Made by a program: the position numbers and the translations under genes
Notes under the pieces: model-generated
Told to the model about the DNA's origin: nothing
Database searches by the model: none
The model's input: the letters and a program-made list of their open reading frames with translations, nothing else
Source of the DNA: Eledone cirrhosa
Taxonomy: Eukaryota
Reading direction: 5' to 3'
Assembly (NCBI GenBank): GCA_964016885.1
Contig: OZ024743.1
Span: 159,588,001 to 159,652,000 of the forward strand
Length of the DNA stretch: 64,000 nucleotides
Part shown: piece by piece, positions 50,001-63,159 of the stretch
Position numbering within the stretch: position 1 is the stretch's first letter
Layout of the letters: every line of letters starts with the position of its first letter

Positions 50001-50236
50001 GACAATTATTAAATAAATAAATAAATAAATGCCATTGTTAATTAATAAATAAATCAACTAATACCTTAACACTTAACACAACGTAAACTATTTCGTTTTA
50101 ATCATTCTCTGACCCAGAAAAATAGAGAAAAAAATAAAAATGAAAAAAATATATTTTTCTTCCTAATAATCATCTTTTCCTCCCTGTTTTCATATCTATA
50201 TAAATGTATCCTAACTCGCGTGCTTCCTCTCCGCAC

Positions 50237-50345
<109 letters not shown>

Positions 50346-50526
50346 TGTACATACATATATGTATACAGACGTACAGTAGTATGTATATATATACATACAT
50401 GCACATATATATATATATATATGTGCGTATGGATTTACCGACCATTTATTATAAACAAACATCCCAAATTAAGCCTTACAATGTTTAGCTACCATCGTTG
50501 CCCTTTTGTTCAACACTGACAAAGTA

Positions 50527-50568
50527 ACGATGTACTAGTTTCAAGCTTTTAGCTATCGTCAGCACCGT
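50527..50568 (-). ncRNA. Minimal type I hammerhead ribozyme motif (intact)
   Basis: Minus strand: acggtg-CTGACGA-t-agct aaa agct-t-GAAA-ctag-TA-catcgt; 6-bp stem I, palindromic CUAG loop. Confidence 0.85.
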
Positions 50569-51105
50569 ATATTTTCCTGGCAGATGATTGAACGTCTAAA
50601 AGTATATACTTTCCTTATGCATTTTAACGACTGAGCAGCCTAATTTGCATATCCAGTGAGTTAATCGGCCGGGCGCACCGAAAAGGGTAAATGGAAAAAA
50701 TGAAACGAAATTTCATGTCTCACTCTTAGTACAGGTGTTACTTAAATATAAGTATGTATATATACGTACATACATATATGTATACAGACGTATTGTAGTA
50801 TATATATATATACATACATGCACATATATATATATATATATATATATATACCTATGGATTTACCGAGCATTTATTATAATGCTCGGTTTGTTTGTAAACA
50901 AATATCCTGAATTAAGCCGTACAGTGTTTAGCAACCATCGTTGCCCTTTTGTTCAACACTAACAACGGAACGATTTTTTCCATTTATCGTTTCCGTTGCG
51001 CCCGGCCGATTAACTCACTCGATATGCAAATTAGGCTGCTCAGCCGTTAATATGCATAAGGAAAGTATATACTTTCAGACATTCAATCATCTGACAGGAA
51101 GGTAT

Positions 51106-51148
51106 ACGGTGATGACGATAGCTAATAAGCTTGAAACTAGTACATCGT
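51106..51148 (+). ncRNA. Hammerhead motif, inverted copy with C3 changed to A
   Basis: acggtg-ATGACGA-t-agct aata agct-t-GAAA-ctag-TA-catcgt. Confidence 0.7.
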
Positions 51149-51335
51149 TCCTTTGTCAGTGTTGAACAAAAGGGCAACGATGGTTGCTAGACACTGTACG
51201 ACTTAATTCGGGATGTTTGTTTTCAAACACACCCAGCATTATAATACATGTTCGGTAAATCCATGTGTGCATGCATGTATACAGATACATACTACTGTAC
51301 GTCTGTATACATATATGAATGTTTCATTTTTTTCC

Positions 51336-51378
<43 letters not shown>

Positions 51379-51462
51379 GGAAAATGAATATACTCTGCTC
51401 CGAAGGAGCATAGAGTGCTCAACTGGCATACCTCCTATAGACGCATCCACGCAACCTTACAA

Positions 51463-51515
<53 letters not shown>

Positions 51516-53949
51516 CAACGAAAAATATCTGTGTATATATAGAGAGAAAGAGTCTTATATTGTTAGAGAACCACATTGTATAAATACACACATAATATTT
51601 TTTTTTAAATACGTACTTTAATGTGTAAAAGTTGTACGCTCCGTATGGTACCATTTCATGGTTCGTAAACCGTAACTAAAATCGATATAAGCAATCGATC
51701 ATCGAACACCAACTATCGTTTTTGATAAAGCTACGGGAGACACGAACCAGTCATCAGAGGAATTTGTTTTTGTATAAGTTCCAATAGAGTATATATTACA
51801 AAATACTTTTATATTTGTCGAGATCGAAGGGTTAGGCCAAAATCATAGACAGCATTGTTACCCATTCTGCATTTATAAAAATTTAACGTTATCTACTTGC
51901 GCACCTCTTATTATGTATATGTATGTACATATGTGTGAGAATGTGTGGGGGGAGTACATAAATACACATATACCCACGCAAAAATTCCCATATGTCAAGT
52001 TGTTATGAACTGAACACTCTCTCTCTTCGAATTTATTGTATTACTGGATTACTGATGCGTGTTAGAAAACTAATTATTGAGTATAAAAGACCGAAAGTAT
52101 CTGAAATAGTTAAATGCAAGACTGCCTTACACAGGATGTGAACTCTGAATGCAAATATTAGTTCTTATACCTCGAATGATTTTTTCTGACATACACTGCA
52201 TTCGAATTGTTTATATATTTCATCTGTTTATAAATATTTTATCCATGTCACTTTGCGGTATATAATTCGCTAGTTGACTGTGTTTTTATAGGGTCGTCCT
52301 TCTTTCTCAGTAGTCAATTTTAGTCTCAAACAGAGAGATGTAACCGAAAGTGACATTGAATAATTTTTACTCTCATTCGTTTTAAGAATTAAGGATTATA
52401 TGCGTGTTAAGATATTCTGCAATTATTTTCGTTTTATAGTTCTGTTTATTTTCTGTTTCTGTAATATAGTAGAAGAGATCATGACACTTTATAGCATCTA
52501 ATTTCCATTTGTATTAATGATGTAGTTGTAAAGTGCTATTTTATGGACATTCATTAATAGACAGCTGCAGAAGTTTTCAAGCGTTCCAAAACTGTACACT
52601 ATATTACGATGCGGCACTGGTATATGGGCATGTGAATTTATATGTGGTTTTCGGTTGTTTCAAAACAATTTTCTTGCGGAAAATATTAGACAAATGAAAG
52701 GAATAAGCACATTTTGTACCAATAATACCGTTCAGAACATGTGCTAACCAAGCAACATCTGCGTGGTAACTCGGCGTTCTCGACTTAGCAGCAGAGCTTC
52801 CCTTTAATCACAGTATTTGATTATGCACTCTGGAGTACAGTATCTACGAAAAAATGGTAAACCTATGCTCTGAAATGTCTTTTATCATATGTGGTTTCAA
52901 ACATCACAATATTGCCTACTAAATAACAAAAACCAAAACCAACATTCAGGTATCCATGTCTGTTAATTTGTATTTGAATTCTTCACGTTTATGCAAACGT
53001 AGGCCGTGGACACCCACAACCATTAATAACTTTCGGTTAATTTATAATAAACTAAGATGTATTTATTCTGCCATCCTTTATCTCATAGTGAGTGTATGTT
53101 TGTTACTAAAAAAATGAAACTCATTTTTGTCTTAATGACTTTGTTGTATAACATCAAGTATGCTGAATACTGTAGAACCAAAAAATCAGATCCCAGTGAA
53201 ATAGTTTCATTGGGTTTTGTTTTTTAATTCAAGGCCAACCTCTATCAAGTGCATCTACGATCAAATGCATTCTAGGATCGTCCAATTCGTCTTTTATTAT
53301 TGTATATAGGGCTATATTATTCAATGGGCTCTTCACATTTTTGAAGTGGTAGAGTATGATATGAAGGAGATTTGTTTCCAACGTATAGAAGCTCGAACTA
53401 AAAGTTAAGTCTTCAAAGGTAGTTGGTTTAATCTTAAACTAAAATAGCTTTCATGAGAGTAACAATAATGATCATATTTGATAAAGGAGTACACGTCACA
53501 ACACAATTTCTATATTGATATAAATCGTTAGACTGACCCTTGCTGTTTGTATTAACTGGACAAGGAACAACCTTCAAGAGATGGCGTCGATGATCTCGAC
53601 CACAGTACTTATTTCAGTGCTATTTCCGAGTTGCTATTTATCAGATAGTTAATTACGTTTTTCACATAGACACAACTCGAAACAACGGCATACATAACAA
53701 TAGACCAACGCACATACACACCCATGTAATATTGTGTGTATGTATGCGAGCGTGTGTGTGTATATATACACACTATCGTGTATAATGTATCGGGGTCATA
53801 GAAAGTAAAAGAATTTAGGTAAAGGATCGGTGACATAATAAATCGTAGTAGTCATGGGAATGAAGGATAAACAGTAAACATATAAATATAAAAAATAGAA
53901 ATACAAAATAACAAATACGGTGTAACAAACAAATAAACTGCAGAGCTAA

Positions 53950-54300
53950 AAAGGATAGTAAAGCTTAGAAGCAGTGAGGTTTCGGGAAAAAAAAAGATAA
54001 GTTTGAGAGTATAGTTTGAAAAGAATAGAATACTGATAGAGTTGACATAGATGAGATGTAGTGCACGGTGTGAGCAGTAACCTTCGAGGCAGACACCCAG
54101 AAATCCAGAACGATAACGATAGGACCCAGTCAGTATAAGGTAGAGGTTGTCAGGAAGAAGAGGGGTCGTGTGGCCGTCTGAAAGAAATCGTAAACTCCTA
54201 CGGAGTTTTGATTGCTCCAAGTGTGGATAGGTGTTAATTCGGGACCTGGTCCGAGTTGTGAGATATACCTACTGGTATGCTATCAATCCCATAATGGTAA
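53950..54300 (-). mobile_element. Possible decayed CR1/L2-type LINE 3' fragment
   Basis: G.CS...H...FFPET resembles the CR1/L2 C-terminal G.CS.EL...SFFPRT pattern; weak. Confidence 0.3.
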
Positions 54301-54443
54301 AGTTGTGAGGCAGGCTTGCTCTCGCCAGACAAAATCCTACTAGTGTGTTATCAATCCCACGATAGTAAAGGTCCCATATCAGTGAAAGGGCTTCTGTATT
54401 CCATTACATCATAAAGTGCTCAACTAGATAAGGAGCAATTATT

Positions 54444-54780
54444 CGTTTAAATTTGGTGGTTTACCACAAGGTGGAATTGGTCATTCTGCAATGTTAACCA
54501 TGACGTAATATGAGAAAAGCACTCGACGTTATGCAACTCATCCTTCTTCAATGATGAATCATTTTGGTGGTGCAGAGACAGAGTAAATGTATTATAAAGT
54601 GAAATGACAGGTGGCCAAATATGTTGAATATTTACATTGAATCCGTTCACGCACTACCAACATGACTCAACATTGAAGATGGATGAGTTGCATAACGTCG
54701 AGTGCTTTTCTCATATTTCATCATGAATAACATTGCAGAATGACCAATACTACCCTGTGGTAAACCAGTAAATTTAAACG
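54444..54780. repeat. Long inverted repeat (arms about 130 bp, spacer about 77 bp), MITE/fold-back-like
   Basis: cgtttaaatt...aatatgagaaaagcactcgacgttatgcaactcatcc...ggtggtgc pairs with gcactacc...ggatgagttgcataacgtcgagtgcttttctcatatt...aatttaaacg. Confidence 0.9.
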
Positions 54781-54789
54781 TATATTTAT

Positions 54790-54863
<74 letters not shown>

Positions 54864-54963
54864 ATATATATTCTATGTATATATATATACATTAGGTTAT
54901 GTAACTGTTATAGAAACACGTGTCAATAAATTCCTTTCAACTAAACTGTATCCATTCAAATCT

Positions 54964-55075
<112 letters not shown>

Positions 55076-55225
55076 ATACTATTTATAGTTATGTATATAA
55101 TATAAACTACCATAAACAGGAAGGTCAGTAGGAGAAATAGCTCAATGTTTTACATCAGTTGTTTTACAGAGCAGCAAAACAAATAAATTATACAATTATC
55201 AAAGTTGTGTTCAAATCATTTCATA

Positions 55226-55270
55226 GTTGACAATCGTTTCTTCCAAACTCTCGTTTGGAGTCATCGGAGC
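55226..55270 (-). ncRNA. Hammerhead motif, U4 changed to C (decayed)
   Basis: Minus strand: gct-CCGATGA-c-tccaaac gaga gtttgga-a-GAAA-cgattg-TC-aac; 7-bp stem II. Confidence 0.6.
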
Positions 55271-55312
55271 ATTATCAATGTTTGCACATATAATTAACCT
55301 CCTATTCAACTG

Positions 55313-55366
<54 letters not shown>

Positions 55367-55395
55367 CGATCAAATTTTAGTTTAGAACATTTATT

Positions 55396-55442
55396 TGCTG
55401 ACAATTGTTTCTTCCAGAGAGAAGTTTGATTTCATAGGAGCA
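55396..55442 (-). ncRNA. Second decayed copy of the same hammerhead
   Basis: Minus strand: tgct-cctatga...GAAA-caattg-TC-agca; intact stem I and palindromic stem III. Confidence 0.5.
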
Positions 55443-55487
55443 GAAGGAATGTCGAGACATGGGACTAAAATCCTAGTCATTGTTCTG

Positions 55488-55579
55488 AATTTGCCTTTCA
55501 TCCTTACGGGTTCGTTAAAATAAAGTACCAGTAATGCACTGGTTAATTGCTGGCCTTGTGCCTAAAGTAGAAACAATTA

Positions 55580-55580
<1 letters not shown>
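55488..55580 (+). mobile_element. SINE family A 3' fragment
   Basis: tttgcctttcatccttacggg...aaataaagtaccagtaatgcactgg...gtagaaacaattat. Confidence 0.8.
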
Positions 55581-55675
<95 letters not shown>

Positions 55676-56651
55676 TATAATGTATATATAGTATTAAAAT
55701 GATCGGAGGCCTTAATCAATTGATTTAGTTTTGTATATATATATACAATATGATCAATCTTAAGAACGTTCATTCTTTTATTACTTCGTCCATAAACAAC
55801 TGGAAATGATTTTTTTATCAATTATCAACACTATACATATTATCTAAGTCGCCTATCTTCATGAAAATACCAGAAAGATCAAACTTTACCAATTTCAAAT
55901 GGAGTAAGCAATTAGATTAAAAAAACTTATTGTCTACATAGAGTTTTTGATCGTACAATATTATAGATTGCGCTTCAATTCTCGTGTCCTTATTTACAAT
56001 GTTATTAGCTATTTTTCTATTACAGTTAGAGTAATATTTGTTGGGCAACCTGCAGGAGTGGAAATTATCTAATAGGCAGCAGTAAGTAGGTTTAGATAAA
56101 ATCATTACTTATCTATTATCTATTTACAATGCTATTATTAATTTTCACTTTAAAATCTGTTGTCAGTTTTGCTGGAGTGGAAGTTTTTTAAGTAGCTGTA
56201 TCAGGTGCAAGCAAGCGTGAGATGAATGATGCCAATTCAACCTAGATGCTGTGTATTGGAACCGGATTGATATTAATGCCAATTTGCGTGGGCTTCCTTT
56301 GTGTAATGCTGACCACTTGCTGACACGTTCACAATATTTAGAAATAGTCGTAACTTTTAGGTTAATAGTTTTTCAGAATTAGAAATCATTTTTCTGAAAG
56401 ATACATTAATACTAATTTAAGCCTCCATAACTTTTACGTATTTTTTTTCTTGACGTATTATATAGTTATAATTAAAATTGGTCGTAACTTTAATTAATCG
56501 GTTTATTAAATTGATAAACTCTAATTTGAATCCTATAATATTTATTCTAGTCAAAATACGAATATCAAGTATTACAGTCAATCTAAGCACTACATAGTAT
56601 ATGTATTACTAATATTTAACGGTCTCTTCTCCGATTTTTTACTTTCCCACG

Positions 56652-56683
<32 letters not shown>

Positions 56684-56697
56684 CAGACACACACACG

Positions 56698-56832
<135 letters not shown>

Positions 56833-56912
56833 AGAGAGAGAGAGACACACACACAGGCATATATGTGTAAATATATATAACGAAACTTTAAATAGAAAAT
56901 GCTTCCAAATAT

Positions 56913-56947
56913 CTAGAACTGTTTCATTCGTATGAAATCATCAGTAG
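56913..56947 (-). ncRNA. Minimal type I hammerhead motif
   Basis: Minus strand: cta-CTGATGA-t-ttc atac gaa-t-GAAA-cagt-TC-tag. Confidence 0.65.
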
Positions 56948-57867
56948 TGCATTCCAGAATGCCCGTAGTCCCGTAATCAATCTTTCTATATTAAATCTTC
57001 GTTGTCCTCATTTAAATTATGTATTGAGATATATACATATATACATACATATACAAATAAATATTATATACTAGACCACCCGTGACGCGTTGTGTCATGT
57101 TGAGTTAAAAATAATGTTTACATAATTAAAATATACACAAAATGTATATAATGTAAAATGACATTGGTAAGCCAATATATATACGTGTATGTGTGTGTGT
57201 ATATGTACGTGTATATATATATATATGTGTGTGTGATTATGTGTGTGGGTGTCTGTGGCCTATGTACACTGGTTACAGACACACACATACATCCTGTTCT
57301 AACACAAGTTATAAGATACACATAACTTAATATTCAGTCACCAAATTCAAGCTACATACAGTAATGCTGTATTCAATTCTTTGAAGTCACCTGTCATAAT
57401 TTCATTCAACAACACCACCAGATCTCTCCCTCTTTCTCACAACCACTATATGCATTTGTATTCACATTTCAATGGTACCTCACTTTCAAAGAATTTTCCC
57501 ATTATGCGCTGATTTGGCTACTTATAAAGGTATCCGATAAAACCCGCGTATCTCGCGAACCCGTGGTCCGATTTACGCGAAACCTGTCTTTTCACTCTAT
57601 TATTCACAAGTATTTTCACAAAGAACATATCAAATCATTTTTCACTAATAGCTATCCAATCACTCCACTTCAAAATTATTTTTTCTATATGTCCATGGAT
57701 ACTTGACTGTTTGTTCTGAAAGATTTTTCTGCTTAAAAAGTTGCAATGTTAATGAAAAGCTGGTTTTATTTACAAAAATTTGAAAGAAATTACTCTTACA
57801 TGTCTTAGTTTTTCCTTTTCCTTTCATTTTCTGACGTCGGAATCAATATTTTCTCATATTTACGCTG

Positions 57868-59155
57868 TTACAGTTTGTTCAAAAGAATGCTTTTGATGGC
57901 AACATTCTTAGTTGACTGGTTATCCTTCAGAAACACTCTGACATTTTCTTTTCGTTTTCCGCGGCTAAGGGCTACATACAGTTGACCGTGTTGGAATACA
58001 GATCGTTCCAGATAAACCAAGACGTTTGCCATAGTTTGTCCTTGTGCTTTATGAATAGTCATAGCGAAGCACGATTGAACTGGGAATTGGCTTCGCTGCA
58101 AAGGGATATTCTCACCTTCGGATAGATTTATTCTTATTCTAGGTATCATAACGATCTCATTTCTGAAAGCAGCAGTATTGATTCTTGCTACTATGAGATT
58201 GTCGTGCAGTTTTTCCACGATCATGCGCGTTCCATTACAAAGTCTTGGAGGATTCAAGTTTCTCATAAGAATTATTGGCAATACTTTTTTCAATTCCAGG
58301 TTATGTGGTGGCAGTCCTGATAGGTCAACCGAATCAAGGAATTCAGTCGGGAAATGAGTGGAATTGGCATCATCACTCACATAATTATAGGATCGGTACT
58401 CTTTTATGGTTCCAGGGAAGCGTCTGATACAGGTTGAATTGATGCTTCTCATCATTTCATTGAGAGGTACTAAGATGCAATTGTTCGAAAACACTTCAGC
58501 TGGATTGTCGAATGAGGGGTAGATTAAATCAATACATTCTTCCATAGTTGTTGCTTAGAGAACCATTTCCTTTGGCAAAATAATTTACTCATTTTTATTT
58601 TTTTTTAATCTTATCTTCTCCAATATACAATAGGAACTGTGAATAGTCTACTGCTCCCCCACCCAATCGCATGTTTGTCTTCAACCGAAATCTTTTGAAG
58701 CTTCGCCATATGTAGGATTTTTTAATGTAGTCGTTTTTCACGTCCGCTTCAATTCCCCTTTTCACTACCGGAAGAAGCTGACGGAATCGCCACAGCAAAT
58801 TGTCAAAATTCCACCGAATGCCTCATTCTTGTCGCATATGTCACGCAGAGTGAGGTCAACAGCTTCGAAGCTTTCCCTCCGAATCATAGGACATCTATCC
58901 CAAACAATCAGCCTTGTATGTTGGAAGAGGTTAGCCGTCTTTGAGTTTTTATCAATGTTGCACTGACCATTTTCTTTCACTACTATCGGTATTTTGAACC
59001 TAGAATGCGCTGTTCTTCCACCAGGCATCAGTGTTGCGGCAATGCCAGATGACGCAACAGCAATAGCCACGTCACCCTTTTCCCCTGACTTTTGAAAGAA
59101 TTAAGTTAATCAGGAATATCTTTCCTGCTCCACCAGGAGCGTCAATGAAAATCAA
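57868..59155 (-). pseudogene. Helitron PIF1-like SF1 helicase, frameshifted
   Basis: ORFs 57868-58545, 58595-58798 and 58765-59070; Walker A reads GGAGKI (T replaced by I). Confidence 0.9.
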
Positions 59156-59639
59156 TGCAGATGTGTTCGTCTCTAAACTGTTACAAACGAAGTCGTACAC
59201 GTGTTTTTGTTCACTATTCCATAGAGGCTCCGTCTCTTCTACAAATCGTCGTTGTTCTTATCTGGTGTATTGCAATTCATGCAATAACTCCAAATTGCCA
59301 ATATCCTGATTACAACAATATTATTTGGCCTTGGCAAGTTAAAGTCACTAAGACATTTGCCCAGGTCGTTAATTTTTTCTTCAAAATACAGAAGACATTG
59401 ATCATAATGTCTCTCGCTAATCAAAAGGTTAGAGTTTCTGGTGGCCCTTTTTTTCTATTTGAAGGTAATCCTCAGACAGCGAATGCTTAAATCGAACCCA
59501 TAAAGCACTGGAATTGTCAATTTCCGTATTTGTGAGGAGCACGATGAATAGATCTCTCATGGCTTTGGGAAGCCTTGTTCGCTGCTCAGCATCTTCCAGA
59601 GTCTGCTGCCAATGATCATCCGATTGAAGCAAACCTTTC

Positions 59640-61435
59640 TCTCTGCAAACAGTGCACATGAGGAAGACCTCGCTTATGATATTCGACTGTCAGCACGTAA
59701 GCTATGCACTTGCCAAATAGGCCATCTACTCCAGTAAGATACTGTTTTAACAGTTTCCGCTTCAGGAATTAAATCTGGCCTGTCATGTGGCTTCTGATTC
59801 AGGAATAGGTTTTGCCAGATTTCAGGCCAGTTTGGATTGCATGTCATTGTGAGGAAGAACGAAGGATTGCCGTACTTCCGTATGTACATCATGGCATCCT
59901 AGCATCGCTCCATAATATGTCTCGGTCCACCGACAAATGTGGAAGAGAGTATGACTCGCCTGCCAATATTGCGAACATCGTCCTTATCATTCAATGCCTC
60001 AATAAGGTCCTTGTATGTTGTAGATCGCAATGATGTTTGATTCATTCGGATGTATTGCAGTCTATGTCCTTCAATCTTCGCAGCCATGTCAACAAAATAT
60101 TGCTGAAATAAACGACCGCCTCTTAGAAGTTGGTTGAATTCATTCACATGGTTCATTATTCGATAGGCATAGTAGCGCATTGGCGTCAACATCTTGTTGT
60201 TGCTCATTAACAACTCATGATGCCATCCGTCATCGCAAAAGGAAAAAAATAGAACATACGGCAAACTGTCATAGGACCGATGGGACTCTGAGATTATTTG
60301 CAATTGTCCGCCTTTTTCTTTCAACACAATGTGCCGTGCTATTGCTTGAAGTTCGGTGCTGTTTTGTATAATAACGGCAACTTCGTTTGCAGTTTGTGCA
60401 TTGAATCTTCTCTCATGTTCCATTGCTGGTCTCCTATCAGGATCAAAAATAATGGAAGCTTCGGAAATATTTTTAATTTGTTCTTTTGACATTCGAAATG
60501 ACGCAACGTAAGAGTTATATTGTCTGAGTATTATTTCCAATAATTCAACTATGTCGCGCTGAATGCAATCGTTATGGAGTATCCTGATCCTCAAATCAAC
60601 ACTATCCCGAGGATCCAAGAAGTAAATTTGAAGAAATTGGGGTTAGTCATTGGGATTAGGGGTTATGGAACTGATGTAATGGGGAATTTGACCATGAATA
60701 ACGATAGAAGGATTCCGTCCACTCCCTGAGGAACGAACTTCTTCGGCCCCAAAAGATGTCATTTGGAACAGGCAGTTGTATTGTCTGAGGTTCTTCCTGA
60801 ACTCGTTTGCCCTAGGTTGATCAGTACTAAATAAAGTGTGAATTTCCTGGGGTAAAGGCTGCAGATTCCCCAACATGACTTTTCCATTCATACAGCAAAA
60901 GCTAGCAGTTTCACCATGAAAAAGCATTGCATGACAACAGACACAGATCTTATTCATCTGTCCAACATCAGCAGAGAGGTCACGTCGTTGAGTTGTCCTT
61001 GCTCTATCCCTAATGGTTTGTTGGCAAAGACGTTCAGCTCTCCGACCATCCGATTCATGATCTCTCTTTCTTCTATCTCTTTCCCTCTCTTCCACCTGAC
61101 GCTCAAATCTCCGACCATCCGATTTATGATCTCTCCTGTTTGTGTCTTTCCCTCTGTTCCGCCAGAAGCTCAACTCTCCGACCATCCGATTCATGATCTC
61201 TCCTGCTTCTGTTTCTTACCCTCTGTTCTGCCTGACGCTCAGCTCTCTGACCATCCGATTCATGATCTCTCCAGCTTCTGTATCTTTCCCTCTGTTCCGC
61301 CAGACGCGCAGCCCTTGCTTTATAAGTCTCATCGATCCTTCTATTCGCATGCCTGTCCCGATCTTGTTGGCGTTGACCGCTATCTTGCTCACCTTCTTCG
61401 GCTTTCCTTAGCCGTACTTTCTTTCCATTATCCAA
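59640..61435 (-). pseudogene. Helitron N-terminal repeats, zinc finger and Rep (HUH) region, frameshifted
   Basis: ORFs 61124-61435, 60643-61194, 59899-60618 and 59674-59892 (HRSYDSLPYVL, GGRLFQQYFVD, STFVGGPR). Confidence 0.9.
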
Positions 61436-63159
61436 CCAGATGTTTTCTTTCTTCCTCGTCGAGGCATTATTTAAGAATAGAAAATCGTATTCACCTTAGA
61501 AAAAATTCCTATTACCTCAACAAATATTTTTTTTAAATCATCATTTATAAATATTTATAAATAATGAAAATATTGTCTGTTTAAACAACTCGTATTTTTC
61601 AAATCATATTCACTTAAAAAATATTTATTAATAATTAAAATATTCTGTTTAAAGAAAGCTGAAATATATATACTCAGTATACAAATAATTTGAATTGTTT
61701 AAGTCATATTCACTTAAGAATATTTTTTAAATATGCCAAGAAATATTGTTTCCATCGTATTCACTTGAAAATAATTTTTAAAAATGAAGATATTGTTTAT
61801 GTAAATAAAGCTATTTGTGAAATCAAATTCACTTTAAATTATTTCTAAATAATTGAAATATTCTTTTTAACAAAAGCAAAAATATAAACACCTACTGTTT
61901 AATACCAACTGGTATTTTTCAGTGATATTCAATTAATGCTTTTCTGATAATTAAAATATCGTCTGTTTAAAGAAAGCTCACATTTAGATACTTGAAGTAC
62001 AAACAACTTGTAGTTTTGAAATCATATTCACCTAGAAATCACTGAAAAATCTTTTTTTAATAATTATTAAAAATATTTCTCGAATGATGAAAATAGTTTA
62101 TGTCGATTTACGTCAAACTTGTTTTATACCCATTTCAGGGTTATATCACTTACAGGGCTATTTTTCCATTATGCACCGTTTTGGCTATTTACGAAGGTAT
62201 CCTACACACACACATATATATATATAGGTCTCTAACTTAAGTACTGTTGCACACATATACACACACACACACATGTCTCTAGGTACGTAAACGCATGCAC
62301 TGGCACACATACACATACAGATACATACGGTGGCAGTAGAATTGTGAAAGAGAGAGAAAGAAATAACGTTATGGATAGGGTGAGAGTTAAAATAAATAAA
62401 AGTTAACGACGCTGTCTCTTTCCCTATCTGTCATCCCCCTCTCTCTCTCATCCCCTCAATCTTTCTCTTTCTCTCTCTCACCTTCACTCTCTCTTTCTCT
62501 CTCTCACCTCCTCTCTGTCTCTCTGACCTACAGAATGGGCAACTAAAAAAACAAATGGATTATTTCTTTCGATATTCATTATAAAATAAGATAAATTGAA
62601 TTTAGATGAATTCCTTGCTATTTTTGGAAAATTGAAAATATTGCCCATGTGCGATTTACGCCAAACTTGTTTTATTCAGAGTATTTTCTCATTATGCAAT
62701 GTATGCAATGTTTTGGATATTTACGAAGTTTTGCAGGGTTATGTTAATTTCGTGGTATTTTCCCAGTGTGCACCGTTGTGGCTATTTACGAAGGTACCCC
62801 CAACACCCGGAATCTCGGAGACCCGGGGTCAAATTTTCGCGAAACTTGTTTTATTCAATTTGTATTCCCATTTCAGAGGCAACTTGCTTTCAAAGTATTT
62901 ACCCATTATGCGCCCTTTTGGCTGTATTACATAACATACAAGCAAGCACGCAAGCAATCACGCAAGATCAGAGTTTTTGTAGTATATATATATATATTTA
63001 CATATATATATATATACATTCATATATATATCGCTATTTCAGAGCACCAATTCTAATATATATATATTTGCAAGAGATGGGCCTGTTATATTTATCTAAA
63101 GACATTTTTTCCAATTCCATCCAACCCGTCCCCTCAATCTATTTTATTTCTCATTCTTT

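Larger units (their letters stand above)
46070..50032 (+). mobile_element. Near full-length Penelope-like retroelement (Neptune-like; RT plus GIY-YIG), inactivated
   Basis: RT: FYGIPKTHK, FDVINLYSNIPH, GTAMGTKVAPSYANL, LPFLDI, DIYYKP; linker CERANCGMC; GIY-YIG: NLIYVLTCSGCQEHYIGQT...RMTVH; 3' pseudo-LTR with hammerhead. Confidence 0.92.
57071..62990 (-). mobile_element. Helitron (Rep/PIF1 helicase), internally deleted and frameshifted
   Basis: 3' end is a hairpin (57081-57099) plus CTAG|T at 57071; helicase motifs FIDAPGGAGK, ASSGIAATLMPGGRTAHSRFKIP, TIHKAQGQT, HGQLYVALSR; Rep motifs FLTMTCNPNW and EYHKRGLPHVH; N-terminal C..C..GE...CC..GK. The 5' boundary is approximate. Confidence 0.92.

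Noticed and set aside
51380-51465. Hairpin actctgctcc-gaa-ggagcatagagt between TA tracts
   Set aside because: Probably the very short 3' tail of an RTE-type insertion; too short to support
51715-51765. TTGATAA and CTGATGA near each other as a possible hammerhead
   Set aside because: Could not build stem II followed by GAAA on either strand
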